From assembly GCA_963765675.1 (NCBI GenBank), contig CAVXXK010000001.1, forward strand, positions 1,856,001 to 1,920,000: DNA of 64,000 nt. The letters are read 5' to 3'. The first letter of the stretch is position 1. Each line of letters starts with the position of its first letter. Shown in pieces: positions 1 through 9,828 of the stretch. The notes under the pieces were generated by a model, which saw only the letters and a program-made list of their open reading frames with translations, did not search any database and was not told the DNA's origin. The stretch comes from an uncultured delta proteobacterium. Its GTDB lineage: Bacteria; Desulfobacterota; Binatia; Binatales; Binataceae. A program made the translations under genes and the position numbers.

Positions 1-1496
1 GCGCCGAGCGCGAACTCAGTCGCGCCGAGGACGACCATCGCGAGCTCTCCGCTCGATTCGCGGAGCATCGCGGCGCGCGCGAGGCCGCCGATTCATCGCT
101 CGCCGCCGCGCGCGCACGCGGGCACGACGCCGAGCGCGCCGTCGCCGCCGCGCGCGCCTCCGTTGCGCGTGCCGAACAGGATGCTGCTCTCGCGGCGCAG
201 CGAATCGTCAGCGCGCGCGCCAGGCTCGAGGAGATCGCCGAGTTGAGCCTCGCATCGAACGCGAGGATGGAAGTGCTTGCGATGGCCGAGCAGGAGGCGC
301 GCTCGCGCCTGTCGGTGCTTCGCGACCAAATCGCGGCCGACCGCGCCGCCGCCGAGCAACTCGGCGCCGCCGTGATGGAAGCCGCCGCGCGCGTCGAAGC
401 GCGCAAGTCGGAGCTGGCCGCGATACGCCTGGAGCTGGCCCACGCGATCGAGACCGCGGGGCAGATCGAGTCGCAAATCGGGGAGCATCGCGAGAGCCTC
501 GAACGGGCGCGCGCCGAGCGCGTCGAATTCGAGCGCGAGCTCGAAAAGATTGCGGAGCAGGGCGCCGCCGCACGTGCCAGAGAAACCGAACTCGCCGCCG
601 CCGTCGAGCGGCTCGGCGCCGACTGCGCCGAACGCGAGGCGGAGCTCGAATCCGCGCGCGTCCGGCTCAAGGCGGCGCAGGAGCGCCTGCGCGCGCTCGA
701 GAGCGACGCGATCGAATGCAATCTGCGCCGCGAGCGCGCGCGCACACTCGCCGAAGAGCTCGAACGCAGCTTCCGCGAAAAGTTCGAGCTTGATTTCGAT
801 TCCGCCGCCGCCGAGTTGATCGCCGCGCTCGAGGCTCGCGACGCCGCTGCCGACGATTTGCGGCTGGCGGAACTGCGCGCCCGCGCGGAACGGATCGGCG
901 AAGTCAATCTCGCAGCCGACAGCGAGGTCAAGGAGCTCGAAGAGCGCTCGGCCGCTCTGGGAGCCGAGAAGACCGATCTCGAATCCGCGTTGCAGGACCT
1001 GACCCAAACCATCACCAAGCTCAATCGCGAGGCGCGCCGCCGCTTCGCCGAGACCTTCGAGGGCGCCGCGAAGAATTTCGAGGAGCTGTTCCCCAAGCTG
1101 ATGCGCGGCGGAAAGGGCCGCCTCGAATTGATCGAAGCGACGGAAGTCTCCGAGGCCGGAGTCACAATCCTGGTGCAGCCCGCCGGCAAGAAGGTCAAGG
1201 AGATCGGCCTGCTCTCGGGCGGCGAGAAGGCGCTCTCCGCGATGGCGCTGGTGTTCTCGCTGTTCCTGCTTAACCCCAGCCCGTTCTGCGTGATGGACGA
1301 AGTCGACGCGCCGCTGGACGAGTTCAGCCTCGCGCGCTTCACCGATCTGCTGGCCGAGCTCAAGGATCGCTCGCAATTTATCGTGATCACGCACAATCAG
1401 CGCACGATGCAGCGCGCTGATCAGATTCACGGCGTAACGATGGACCGCCCCGGAATCTCGAAGATCATCTCGCTGAAGATCCCCGCCGCCGCATAG
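1..1496 (+). CDS. smc: Chromosome segregation protein SMC, C-terminal part (5' truncated by window)
   Basis: Long coiled coil followed by LLSGGEKAL signature, PFCVMDEVDAPLD Walker B/D-loop and QFIVITHN; ftsY downstream as is typical. Confidence 0.95.
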   Translation, partial: AERELSRAEDDHRELSARFAEHRGAREAADSSLAAARARGHDAERAVAAARASVARAEQDAALAAQRIVSARARLEEIAELSLASNARMEVLAMAEQEARSRLSVLRDQIAADRAAAEQLGAAVMEAAARVEARKSELAAIRLELAHAIETAGQIESQIGEHRESLERARAERVEFERELEKIAEQGAAARARETELAAAVERLGADCAEREAELESARVRLKAAQERLRALESDAIECNLRRERARTLAEELERSFREKFELDFDSAAAELIAALEARDAAADDLRLAELRARAERIGEVNLAADSEVKELEERSAALGAEKTDLESALQDLTQTITKLNREARRRFAETFEGAAKNFEELFPKLMRGGKGRLELIEATEVSEAGVTILVQPAGKKVKEIGLLSGGEKALSAMALVFSLFLLNPSPFCVMDEVDAPLDEFSLARFTDLLAELKDRSQFIVITHNQRTMQRADQIHGVTMDRPGISKIISLKIPAAA

Positions 1497-1514
1497 GGCC
1501 GGGCCAATCTTTTA

Positions 1515-1786
1515 TTCCCTCTCCCAAAGAGTTTGGGAGGTACCACTGGCACCCGGGTGGCGCGCGCTGCGCGCAACGGGTGAGGGACCGACAGCAGAGA
1601 ATCTTACCCGCTTTGATTACAGCGCCAAGCTCGCGAGTTGTTGACATTTGGTAGCGCCCCGCTCGACGGCTATCGCGCCATATCAGAATCTTATTTCTGG
1701 CGGTCCCTCACCCGCGTGTCACGGCGATTGCTAAGAGGAGCAATCGCCGCGCCGCGCACCCTCCTCCCAATCTGTGGGAGAGGGAC
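1515..1786. repeat. REP/REPIN-like composite palindromic element, family A (CCCTCTCCC..GGGAGAGGG / GGGTGAGGGAC)
   Basis: Two inverted arms (~1515-1605 and ~1686-1786) around a unique spacer; the same arm pair recurs in reverse orientation at 9088-9320. Confidence 0.8.
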
Positions 1787-1875
1787 AATCCGGAAGCGCG
1801 TCTCGGGTATCGCGCGGCGCTCGCCACTGCCGCCGCGACTTGTGCTAAACCTTAATCGGACGGAGGACGACCCTG

Positions 1876-2772
1876 ATGGATACCGCTACCGATACGCCAA
1901 AAGCGCTGAAGCATCTGCCCGCGACTACATCCGGAGAGGAGATCGCCGCGGCGCTCACCGCCGATGGAGCTGTGGTCGTTGATAACGTCGTCTCGGCCGC
2001 CGCGATGGACGCGTTGCGCGTCGAGCTGCAGCCATTTATCGACGCGACCGCCGCTGGCCCGGACGATTTCTCTGGGCGGCGCACCAGACGCACCGGAGGA
2101 CTGATCGCGCGATCGCCGATGAGCCGTGGCTTCGTGATGCATCCGCTGGTGCTCGCGGCGTGCGCGAAATTTCTCGGCCACGCGACCAGCTACCAGATCC
2201 ATCTGACCCAGGTAATTGCGATCGGCCCGAACGAGCCGGCACAGACGATTCATCGCGACCAGTGGGCGTTCGACTTCTTCCCCTTCCCCAAGGGTTACGA
2301 GGTGCAATGCAACACGATCTGGGCCATGACCGATTTCACCGAAGAGAACGGCGCGACCCGCGTGATCCCCGGCAGCAATCATCTTGAAGATCGCCTGCGC
2401 TTCGAGGAGAAGGATTCGATCCCCGCGGAGATGACGAAGGGCTCGATCCTGTTCTACTCTGGCAGCGTCTATCACGGCGGCGGCGCGAATCGATCGAACG
2501 ATACGCGCTACGGCATCAACATCACCTACAACGTCTCGTGGCTTCGGCAGGAAGAGAATCAGTATCTCGCGACGCCGCCCGAGATCGCGCGCACGCTGCC
2601 GGTCGATTTATTGCGCCTGATGGGCTACAGGCTCGGCGCGTACGCGCTCGGCTATGTCGACGACTTGCGCGATCCGATCGAGATAGTGCGCCCGGATCTA
2701 AAACGCACCGGCTTCTCAGCGAAGCCCGACGCGCAACCCAAACCGCGAGTGGATCTCAAACACGGCGCATAG
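1876..2772 (+). CDS. Phytanoyl-CoA dioxygenase (PhyH) family Fe(II)/2-oxoglutarate dioxygenase
   Basis: QTIHRDQ HxD motif, DFTEENGATRVIPGS, YHGGGAN distal His, WLRQEEN; RBS ggagga. Confidence 0.9.
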   Translation: MDTATDTPKALKHLPATTSGEEIAAALTADGAVVVDNVVSAAAMDALRVELQPFIDATAAGPDDFSGRRTRRTGGLIARSPMSRGFVMHPLVLAACAKFLGHATSYQIHLTQVIAIGPNEPAQTIHRDQWAFDFFPFPKGYEVQCNTIWAMTDFTEENGATRVIPGSNHLEDRLRFEEKDSIPAEMTKGSILFYSGSVYHGGGANRSNDTRYGINITYNVSWLRQEENQYLATPPEIARTLPVDLLRLMGYRLGAYALGYVDDLRDPIEIVRPDLKRTGFSAKPDAQPKPRVDLKHGA

Positions 2773-2777
2773 CCTGA

Positions 2778-2814
2778 TCCCTCGCCCTGCAAGGGAGAGG
2801 TAAGGTGAGGGACC
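2778..2814. repeat. Family A palindromic repeat, single degenerate copy
   Basis: tccctcgccctgcaagggagaggtaaggtgagggacc between convergent genes. Confidence 0.6.
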
Positions 2815-2858
2815 TTGTTCAGCGCCGCGCGAGAGCGCGGCGCGATTAAAGGTCTATT

Positions 2859-2953
2859 CCGTGAAGGATCTCCGCGAAGCGATTAGTGCGAAGCCTTCGC
2901 GTTGGTTGCACTAATCGCTTCGCGGAGATCCTTCGCCTACGGCTCAGGATGAC
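2859..2953. repeat. CGTC-type REP doublet, family C (AAGGATCT..AGATCCTTCG..CTCAGGATGAC)
   Basis: Long hairpin gaaggatctccgcgaagcgattagtgc...gcactaatcgcttcgcggagatccttc; near-identical copy within 26112-26245. Confidence 0.85.
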
Positions 2954-3013
2954 AACAGCGGCGGGTTTGCGAAAAAATCGACATCCTCTTGCAGGGCGAG
3001 GGAGCAGAGGTCA

Positions 3014-3856
3014 CTAGATCAAACTGTAGCCGCTGCCTTTGCGATCGAAGCCGATTCCGCGACCTTCTTTCAAAAGCCCGTACTCCTTCATCAGCTCCTG
3101 GCTGTAGGTCACCCGGCCGGTGATTTTCTTTACCGGCTCGGTCGCGAGGATCAGCGTCGAGCGCGCCATGTATTCGAGCGGCTCGCCGTCCTGCGGTCCC
3201 GTCACCAGATGGTGATAGACGGTGCCGGGCGTCGCCACCACTTCCGACGGCGACAGGCAAGTGACGGAGATGTTGTCAGCATAGACCTCGGACGCGAGCC
3301 CCTGCGTCATCCGCTCTAGCGCCGCTTTCTCCGCGCCGTAGCAGACGCTCCCCATGTGCAGCTCTTTGCCCTCGTATGGTCCGCGGCCCGGTCCGATCGC
3401 GGCGCCCGACGAGATGTTGACGATCGAGCCGGACTTGCGCGCAATCATGTCCTGCAGCACGAGGCGCGAGAGCATGAACGGCCCGTGCACGTTCACCTGA
3501 AACGAGCGCATCCACCGCTTGGGCTGGAAATCCTTTACCGGGATGAAGTAGGTCAGCGCCGCGTTGTTGACGAGGACATCGACGGGTCCATAGATGCGAT
3601 GAGTCTCGGCGACCAACTTCTCGCAATCTTCTTCGGAGGAGACGTCGCAGGTGACCGCGGACGCCTGCCCGCCCGCTTTCTTGATCGCTGCGACCGTGGT
3701 TTCGAGCGAACCTTCCAACGGGTGGTCGCCTTCGTGCAATGTGCGTGCACTGCAGACCACGCGCGCACCTTCCGCCGCGAAGAGATCGGCGATCGCCTTT
3801 CCGATTCCGCGGCTCGCGCCGGTCACGATCGCAACTTTGCCCTCAAGCTTGCCCAT
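3014..3856 (-). CDS. SDR family NAD(P)-dependent oxidoreductase
   Basis: TGASRGIG, NNAA, YGAEK (YxxxK). Confidence 0.92.
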   Translation of the reverse strand: MGKLEGKVAIVTGASRGIGKAIADLFAAEGARVVCSARTLHEGDHPLEGSLETTVAAIKKAGGQASAVTCDVSSEEDCEKLVAETHRIYGPVDVLVNNAALTYFIPVKDFQPKRWMRSFQVNVHGPFMLSRLVLQDMIARKSGSIVNISSGAAIGPGRGPYEGKELHMGSVCYGAEKAALERMTQGLASEVYADNISVTCLSPSEVVATPGTVYHHLVTGPQDGEPLEYMARSTLILATEPVKKITGRVTYSQELMKEYGLLKEGRGIGFDRKGSGYSLI

Positions 3857-4058
3857 CGGATTAACTCCTCTGCGCGCCGTCGCGGGCGCATCGAAGATTG
3901 TTATAGCCGCTTATCGGTCGCCGCTTCCAGCGCACGCTGACGCGCGACGCGGCTGTGGACTCGCGATGCGCCGGTTTCGCGCCCGCGTTTCAGATCGTGC
4001 CGCGATGCTGTTATTCTAGCGTCGCGCCGTGCTCGCGGCGCTTTTCCGAGGCGAGATC

Positions 4059-5312
4059 GTGACCGCAGTTGACACCCTCATAATTATTTTCATCGCGATT
4101 GTCGTAGGGGCCGGCATCACCTTCGTCGGCGTGCTCATCCAATGGAGCCTGCGCAAGGCGCGGCCCAGCACGCTGATTCCTCCGCAATCCGCGCCTCCGG
4201 AAATGCCTCCGATAACGCCTCCGCTCGACGATCTGCAACAACCGCCGCCGGCCGCGCCGCACGGGCCGTCCGCGGCGCCATCGATCGAGCCCGGGCCGCC
4301 AATCGTCGCGGAAGAGATTCCGCCGCCAGAAGCTCCGAAAGTATCGGCTCCGTCCGCTGAAGTTGTCCGAGCGCCGGTGCGAATCGGGATCGGGCTGCGC
4401 AAGACTCGCGAGAATTTCCTCGCCCGAATTCGCTCCGCGATCACGGGGGCGAAAAAAGCCGACGAGATTTACGAAGGGCTTGAAGAAGCTTTGATCGCCG
4501 CCGATGTCGGCGTCGAATCCTCGATGAAACTTGCTGCCGCGGTGCGCGAACGGCTGGGTAACGACAATCGTCCCGACGTGATTCGCGACGCGCTAAAGGC
4601 GGAGATCTCGACGATGCTCGCCAGCGCCGACCGTGCACCCGCCGCGCCGGCGCAAGGCCCGATCGTGATCATGCTGGTGGGCGTCAACGGCGTCGGCAAG
4701 ACCACGACCGTGGCCAAGCTTGCGGCTCGGATGCGAGCCGAGCGCGGCGCGGTGGTCGTCGCGGCGGCGGATACTTTTCGCGCGGCGGCGATCGAGCAGC
4801 TCGAGGTCTGGTGCGACCGGGTTGGCGCGGACATGATCAAGCATCAGCCGGGCAGCGACCCTGCCGCCGTCGCCTTCGACGCGGTCAGGGCGGGAATCGC
4901 GCGCAAGGCCGGCGCGGTGATAATCGACACCGCGGGGCGCTTGCAGACCAAGGTTAACCTGATGGAGGAGCTCAAGAAGATCGCGCGAGTGGTCGCGCGC
5001 GAGCTGCCCGGCGCGCCGCACGAGACCTGGCTGGTGCTCGACGCGAACACCGGCCAGAACGCGCTCAGCCAGGCGCGGATTTTCGGCGACGCAGTGCCTC
5101 TGACGGGCGTGGTCCTGGCCAAGCTCGACAGCACCGCCAAGGGCGGCGTGATCGTCGCGATCGCGGACCGGCTCGGCGTGCCGGTCAGGTTCGTTGGCTT
5201 GGGCGAAGGAATCGAGGATCTGCGGGAGTTCGATGCGCACGAATTCGTCGAGGCGCTGTTCGAGAGCGCCGACGGCGAGAGCGTGAGTGCAAGTGGTTCT
5301 TATGCGGCTTGA
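4059..5312 (+). CDS. ftsY: Signal recognition particle receptor FtsY with N-terminal TM anchor and Pro-rich linker
   Basis: GVNGVGKTTT, DTFRAAA, DTAGR, KLDSTAKGG; start GTG 4059 (alternative 4029). Confidence 0.95.
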   Translation: MTAVDTLIIIFIAIVVGAGITFVGVLIQWSLRKARPSTLIPPQSAPPEMPPITPPLDDLQQPPPAAPHGPSAAPSIEPGPPIVAEEIPPPEAPKVSAPSAEVVRAPVRIGIGLRKTRENFLARIRSAITGAKKADEIYEGLEEALIAADVGVESSMKLAAAVRERLGNDNRPDVIRDALKAEISTMLASADRAPAAPAQGPIVIMLVGVNGVGKTTTVAKLAARMRAERGAVVVAAADTFRAAAIEQLEVWCDRVGADMIKHQPGSDPAAVAFDAVRAGIARKAGAVIIDTAGRLQTKVNLMEELKKIARVVARELPGAPHETWLVLDANTGQNALSQARIFGDAVPLTGVVLAKLDSTAKGGVIVAIADRLGVPVRFVGLGEGIEDLREFDAHEFVEALFESADGESVSASGSYAA

Positions 5313-5338
5313 CAGGCTGGTTTATCGAAAATTAAACT
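5309..5338 (+). promoter_or_regulatory. sigma70-type promoter for the zapB-zapA operon
   Basis: TTGACA-18 nt-TAAACT immediately upstream of the zapB-like gene. Confidence 0.55.
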
Positions 5339-5358
5339 AAAGGTAGAAGTTTTGTCTT

Positions 5359-5613
5359 ATGGCGACCCCGATTGACGTTCTAAAGCAGCTAGACGAGCGG
5401 ATTCAATCCTCGGTAAACCGGCTCCAGCAGTTGCGCCGCGAAAATGATGCACTCGCGCAGAAGCTGGCCGAAAGCGAAAAGCGCCTGGCCGAGGCCCAGG
5501 CCCAAGCGCGCCAGTTCGAGCAGGAGCGCAAGCTGCACGAGACCGAGCGTACCGAGGTGCGCACGAGGATCGAAAAAATCCTGTCGAGGTTTGACGGGAT
5601 AGAACTCGGATAG
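5359..5613 (+). CDS. zapB: ZapB-like coiled-coil cell division protein
   Basis: 84-aa coiled coil (LKQLDERIQSSV...VRTRIEKILSRF) directly upstream of zapA. Confidence 0.65.
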   Translation: MATPIDVLKQLDERIQSSVNRLQQLRRENDALAQKLAESEKRLAEAQAQARQFEQERKLHETERTEVRTRIEKILSRFDGIELG

Positions 5614-5633
5614 AGACGTAATTCGGCCGCGAT

Positions 5634-5915
5634 ATGAAAGGCGTCAACGTCGAAATAATGGGCCAGGCCCTGACCGTCGCCAGCGATGGCGGCGACACTT
5701 ACGTGCAAGACCTGGCCCACGCGGTAGACGCCAAGATCAAGGAGATTCGTGGCGGCGGAACGCAAGCAGTCAGCTCGATTCATCTTGCGATCCTGGCCGC
5801 GCTTAACTTCGCCGACGAGCTCGAACGCCTGCGCCTTGAGCATCAGGCATTGGTCGAGCGTATCGAGGCGATGAACAAGAGGCTCAGCGCAGCAATTGAC
5901 GGCACCCAGGCATAG
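5634..5915 (+). CDS. zapA: Cell division protein ZapA
   Basis: VNVEIMGQALTV...LAHAVDAKIKEI...LAILAALNFADEL. Confidence 0.9.
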   Translation: MKGVNVEIMGQALTVASDGGDTYVQDLAHAVDAKIKEIRGGGTQAVSSIHLAILAALNFADELERLRLEHQALVERIEAMNKRLSAAIDGTQA

Positions 5916-6022
5916 CCACAGCTGGCGCGCAGCCCAGGTAATGGATTTCCCGAAGTTTACGGTACGGGGGCGGGGAAGTCGGTTTGATAGCAACTAACCA
6001 CAACGCGAGACCAAATTTTTTT

Positions 6023-6186
6023 GGGCCCGTGAGAGGTTTTGTAAAGGCCGTGGCGATTAGATGCGGTAAGCATCGTGGCGCGCTGATGGGCGCGCCGCCC
6101 GGGGAAGACCCGGCGCCATCCACGATACGGCACCGATGCGTTCAGTGGTTGAGTAGTTAATCCCGCTCCCGCCATGGCGAGGGTCC
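6023..6186 (+). ncRNA. ssrS: Probable 6S RNA
   Basis: Conserved zapA-ssrS-ygfA synteny; long irregular stem (gggccc/gggtcc ends, gccgtggcg 6047/cgccatggc 6170, atcgtgg/ccacgat). Boundaries approximate. Confidence 0.55.
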
Positions 6187-6825
6187 GTGGCGGACGAAAA
6201 GAAATACCTGCGCGCGATCCTTACGGACTGCCGCGCCGCTGTCACCTCCGAGTGCGCACGCGCGCGTTCGCAGGATATCGCGCGGCGTTTGCTCGCCGCG
6301 GATTTCTACCGCCGCGCGCAAACAGTTCTGCTCTACGCCTCCACGGACAACGAAGTCTCGACCGAATCGATCATGGCGGACGCGCTCGCGTCGCGGAAAA
6401 CGGTGATGCTGCCGCGCTACGACCGCGCTCGCCGCCGTTACGAGGCTGCGCGTGTGGCCGCGATCGAGGCGCTCGCTCCAGGAGCATTCGGAATTCTCGA
6501 ACCGCCGGCGGACGCGCCTCCAGCTTCGCCCGGCGATCTCGCCGGCGCCCTCGCGTGCGTTCCCGGCGTCGCGTTCGGAAAGATGGGCCAGCGGCTGGGA
6601 CGCGGCCAAGGCCATTATGATCGTTTCCTCGCGGAGTTCTGCGCGGAAGCGATCACGGTCGGTCTTGCCTATTCGTTCCAGCTGCTCGATCGGATTCCCG
6701 AAGAATCATTCGATCGGCGGCTCAACTTGATCGTCACCGAGTCTGCCGTTTATCGCGCCGCGGATGCTGAAGCGCGTCCGCGCGATCCGGCGGGCCAAGG
6801 AGGTACACCAGGGTGGCTCTCATAA
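6187..6825 (+). CDS. ygfA: 5-formyltetrahydrofolate cyclo-ligase
   Basis: FGILEP, VPGVAF..G.RLGRGQGHYDRFL, GLAYSFQ. Confidence 0.92.
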   Translation: MADEKKYLRAILTDCRAAVTSECARARSQDIARRLLAADFYRRAQTVLLYASTDNEVSTESIMADALASRKTVMLPRYDRARRRYEAARVAAIEALAPGAFGILEPPADAPPASPGDLAGALACVPGVAFGKMGQRLGRGQGHYDRFLAEFCAEAITVGLAYSFQLLDRIPEESFDRRLNLIVTESAVYRAADAEARPRDPAGQGGTPGWLS

Positions 6826-8417
6826 CCGCAATCCTGGGATTCGTTGTTGGTGGCGCGGTCTTCTTTGTGTGGGGAATGATGCGGCGGCGCACAGACGCCG
6901 TCGATCATGAAGCCGCGCGCGCTCAGGCCGAAGAAATTAGCAAAGAGATAGCCAGGGAGGCTCAAACCAGAAGCGAACTGATCGTCAAAGAGGCCGAAGT
7001 AAAGGCCAAGGATCTGGTCGTCGGCGCGCGCGCCGATGCGGAGCGCGAAGTTCGCGACCGCAGGCGCGAGCTGCAGGCGGCGGAGGCCAAGCACGAGTCG
7101 CGCGAAGAGGCGTTCGAGAAGCGGCAAGAGGCGTTCGAGCGCCGCGAAGCTGACTTGAATCGCCGCGACCAGGCAATCCGCACCCGCGAGAAAAACTTGG
7201 CCGACAAGGAGGCGCAGAACCAGGCGCTGCTCGAGGAGAAGCTCGCGCAGCATCAGGCGCTCATCGACGAGGCCCGCACCAAGCTCGAAGCTGTGGCCGG
7301 CCTCACGCGCGACGAAGCCAAGCGCACCCTGATGGACGAGATGCTTGGGCAGGCGCGCACCGAATCGGCCAAGCATATTCGCGTGATCGAGGAAGAGGCG
7401 CGCGAGGAAGCCGACCGCCGTGCGAAGCGAATAGTGTCGATCGCGATCGAGCGGCTCGCGGGCGAGTTCGTCGCCGAGCGCACCGTGTCGGTGATCGCAC
7501 TCCCGTCGGACGAAATGAAGGGCCGCATCATCGGGCGCGAAGGGCGCAATATCCGCGCAATCGAGGCCGCCACCGGCGTCGATATAATCATCGATGACAC
7601 GCCCGAAGCGGTGGTGATCTCGTGCCACAATCCGATTCGGCGCGAGATCGCGCGGGTCGCGCTCGAGAAGCTCATCTCCGACGGCCGGATTCATCCGGGA
7701 CGGATCGAGGAAGTCGTGCGCAAGGCCGAGCAGGACGTCGAGGAATCGATCCGCGAAGCCGGGCAGCGCGCGATTATCGAAGTCGGAGTGCATGGGATTC
7801 ATCCGGAGCTGGTCAAGCTGCTCGGGATGCTCAAGTACCGGTACTCGTACGCGCAGAACGTGCTGATGCATTCGATCGAGGCGGCGTTTATCTGCGGCGC
7901 GATGGCTGCCGAGCTGGGCCTCAACGAAAAGCAGGCGCGGCGCGCGGCGCTGTTGCATGATATCGGCAAGGCGCTGACGCACGAGGTTGAAGGCTCGCAC
8001 GCGCTTATCGGCGGCGAGCTCGCGCGCAAGTACGGCGAGTCGGCGAAGATCGTTAACGCGATCGCGGCGCATCACGAGGAAGTCAAGGCCGAAACGATTC
8101 TCGCGCCTCTCGTCGACGCGGCAGACGCTTTGTCGGGTGCGCGTCCGGGCGCACGGCGCGAAGTGCTCGAAAGCTACGTCAAGCGGCTCGAGGATCTCGA
8201 GAAGATCGCCAAGTCGTTCAAGGGCGTCGAGAAGTGCTTCGCGGTCCAGGCCGGCCGCGAGATGCGCGTGATCGTCGAGCCCAATCAGATCACGGACGAA
8301 GACACGGTGATGCTCGCGCGCGACGTGGCGCGGAAGATCGAAACCGACATGACCTATCCTGGGCAGATCCGGGTGACCGTCATCAGGGAGACGCGCGCGA
8401 CCGAGCTGGCCAAGTAG
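6813..8417 (+). CDS. rny: Ribonuclease Y
   Basis: N-terminal TM, coiled coil, KH domain (MKGRIIGREGRNIR), HD domain (LLHDIGK), RETRATELAK C-terminus. Confidence 0.97.
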   Translation: MALITAILGFVVGGAVFFVWGMMRRRTDAVDHEAARAQAEEISKEIAREAQTRSELIVKEAEVKAKDLVVGARADAEREVRDRRRELQAAEAKHESREEAFEKRQEAFERREADLNRRDQAIRTREKNLADKEAQNQALLEEKLAQHQALIDEARTKLEAVAGLTRDEAKRTLMDEMLGQARTESAKHIRVIEEEAREEADRRAKRIVSIAIERLAGEFVAERTVSVIALPSDEMKGRIIGREGRNIRAIEAATGVDIIIDDTPEAVVISCHNPIRREIARVALEKLISDGRIHPGRIEEVVRKAEQDVEESIREAGQRAIIEVGVHGIHPELVKLLGMLKYRYSYAQNVLMHSIEAAFICGAMAAELGLNEKQARRAALLHDIGKALTHEVEGSHALIGGELARKYGESAKIVNAIAAHHEEVKAETILAPLVDAADALSGARPGARREVLESYVKRLEDLEKIAKSFKGVEKCFAVQAGREMRVIVEPNQITDEDTVMLARDVARKIETDMTYPGQIRVTVIRETRATELAK

Positions 8418-8518
8418 CCGCGCGGAAGTAACGCAGCAAATCGCAGGCGCGGCCGCGTAAGTGGCCGCGCCTGCGTGCTTTACGCCCCGCCGCGGCACGC
8501 GATATTATCGCAACGCCG

Positions 8519-9064
8519 ATGCCGACCACACGCGAAGCGCTCGAGGCCACGATCGCGCTCGAAAAGCAGAGCATGTCTTTGTATGCGCTGATGGCGAAGA
8601 TTTTTGCCGGCGACGCGAAGCTGCGCGACTTCTGGTTCGGGATGGCGCGCGATGAGGCGCGCCACGTCGGCGCGCTCGACCTGGTCTCGACCGTGCTCGA
8701 GATCGAGGGCCTGCTCGACAAGCCGAGTCCGATTTCGCTCGAGGACTCGACCATCCTGAAGCTGCGCGAGATGCTCGAGCGGTTTCATCACGAAGCCGGG
8801 CCAGGACTCAAGATTCAGCGCGCGCTCGCGATGGCGCTGGAAGTGGAAGAGACAGAGCTCGAGGATCTGGTCGCCGAGCTGCTGAAGGCGGTGCAGGCGC
8901 CCGACGAATACGAGCGCTGCCTGCGCCTACTGGTGCACGACTTGGGCGAGCTGGGCTTCATGATCGAGCATCACTGCGCCGACGTAGGCCTGCTGAGCCG
9001 CTGCGACGCGCTGTGCAACCGCCACGCCGAGACGCTGCGAACCTCAGCCTCCGGCGGCCGCTAA
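8519..9064 (+). CDS. Ferritin-like/rubrerythrin-domain protein
   Basis: ALEKQSMSLY...FWFGMARDEARH (ExxH) diiron-type helices. Confidence 0.65.
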   Translation: MPTTREALEATIALEKQSMSLYALMAKIFAGDAKLRDFWFGMARDEARHVGALDLVSTVLEIEGLLDKPSPISLEDSTILKLREMLERFHHEAGPGLKIQRALAMALEVEETELEDLVAELLKAVQAPDEYERCLRLLVHDLGELGFMIEHHCADVGLLSRCDALCNRHAETLRTSASGGR

Positions 9065-9087
9065 GATTCCCTGTCTGATCATGATAT

Positions 9088-9320
9088 GTCCCTCTCCCAG
9101 ATTGGGAGAGGGCAAGCGGCGCGGCGATTGCTCCTTTCGGCAATCGCCGTGACGCGCGGGTGAGGGACCGACAGAATAAAAAATTTTCCAGGCACCGCGA
9201 CCCTCGATTCACACGCTACGTGGTTCAGCGATTGAGGCGAAGAAAGATTCAATGCTGTAGGTCCCTCACCCGCCGCGCGCAGCGCGCGTCACCCTCTTCC
9301 AAACCTATTGGGAGAGGGAC
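9088..9320. repeat. Family A REPIN-like composite element, second copy (inverted relative to 1515-1786)
   Basis: Arm 9088-9180 matches the reverse complement of 1690-1786, including the gcgattgct..gcaatcgc insert; arm 9243-9320 matches the reverse complement of 1515-1605; the spacer differs. Confidence 0.85.
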
Positions 9321-9397
9321 ACAACTGAGCGGCGACGAGCGCGGCTGCATCCGCCAGTGGCGCGGGGGCGGGGGGTTGGATATATTTCGCACAGCGC

Positions 9398-9473
9398 TGA
9401 GGAGTGGCCAAACTGGCAAGGCACCTGACTCTGGATCAGGGGATTGAAGGTTCGAATCCTTCCTCCTCAGCCA
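9398..9473 (+). tRNA. tRNA-Gln (CTG)
   Basis: tgaggag/ctcctca acceptor, cctga-ctCTGga-tcagg anticodon arm, ggttcgaatcc T-arm, CCA end. Confidence 0.96.
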
Positions 9474-9511
9474 ACCCTCCATCTTCACGATGGAGGCGCG
9501 CATCGATGGAC

Positions 9512-9586
9512 GGTCCCATCGTCTAGTGGTTAGGACACCGGCCTCTCACGTCGGGAACGCGGGTTCGACTCCCGCTGGGATCACCA
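9512..9586 (+). tRNA. tRNA-Glu (CTC)
   Basis: ggtccca/tgggatc acceptor, ccggc-ctCTCac-gtcgg, gggttcgactccc, CCA end. Confidence 0.96.
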
Positions 9587-9828
9587 GTTCAAAGGCCACG
9601 CTTGAGACGCAAAATCATAAAGCATAAGCGGATGATTGGGCGCGGATCGTCGGCGCGGTCCGCTATTTCAATCCGTTGCCCCGATTTCCCGGCGCGGCTG
9701 CGTGCCGTCTACGGCGACAGAGTTTTCGAGGTCAGTTCGGCACCGCTTTTGGCGCAGCAGCGCGAGCGCTTTTGATCGTGCCGCGACTGTCTGGCGAACC
9801 CGCGCCGGCTGTGGTGTGATCCTTCGTC

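Noticed and set aside
93-1430. Long antisense ORFs (e.g. 93-1430, 6750-8498, 9709-11160, 35722-37128, 37600-39579)
   Set aside because: Shadow frames of well-supported genes in GC-rich DNA, with no recognisable motifs.
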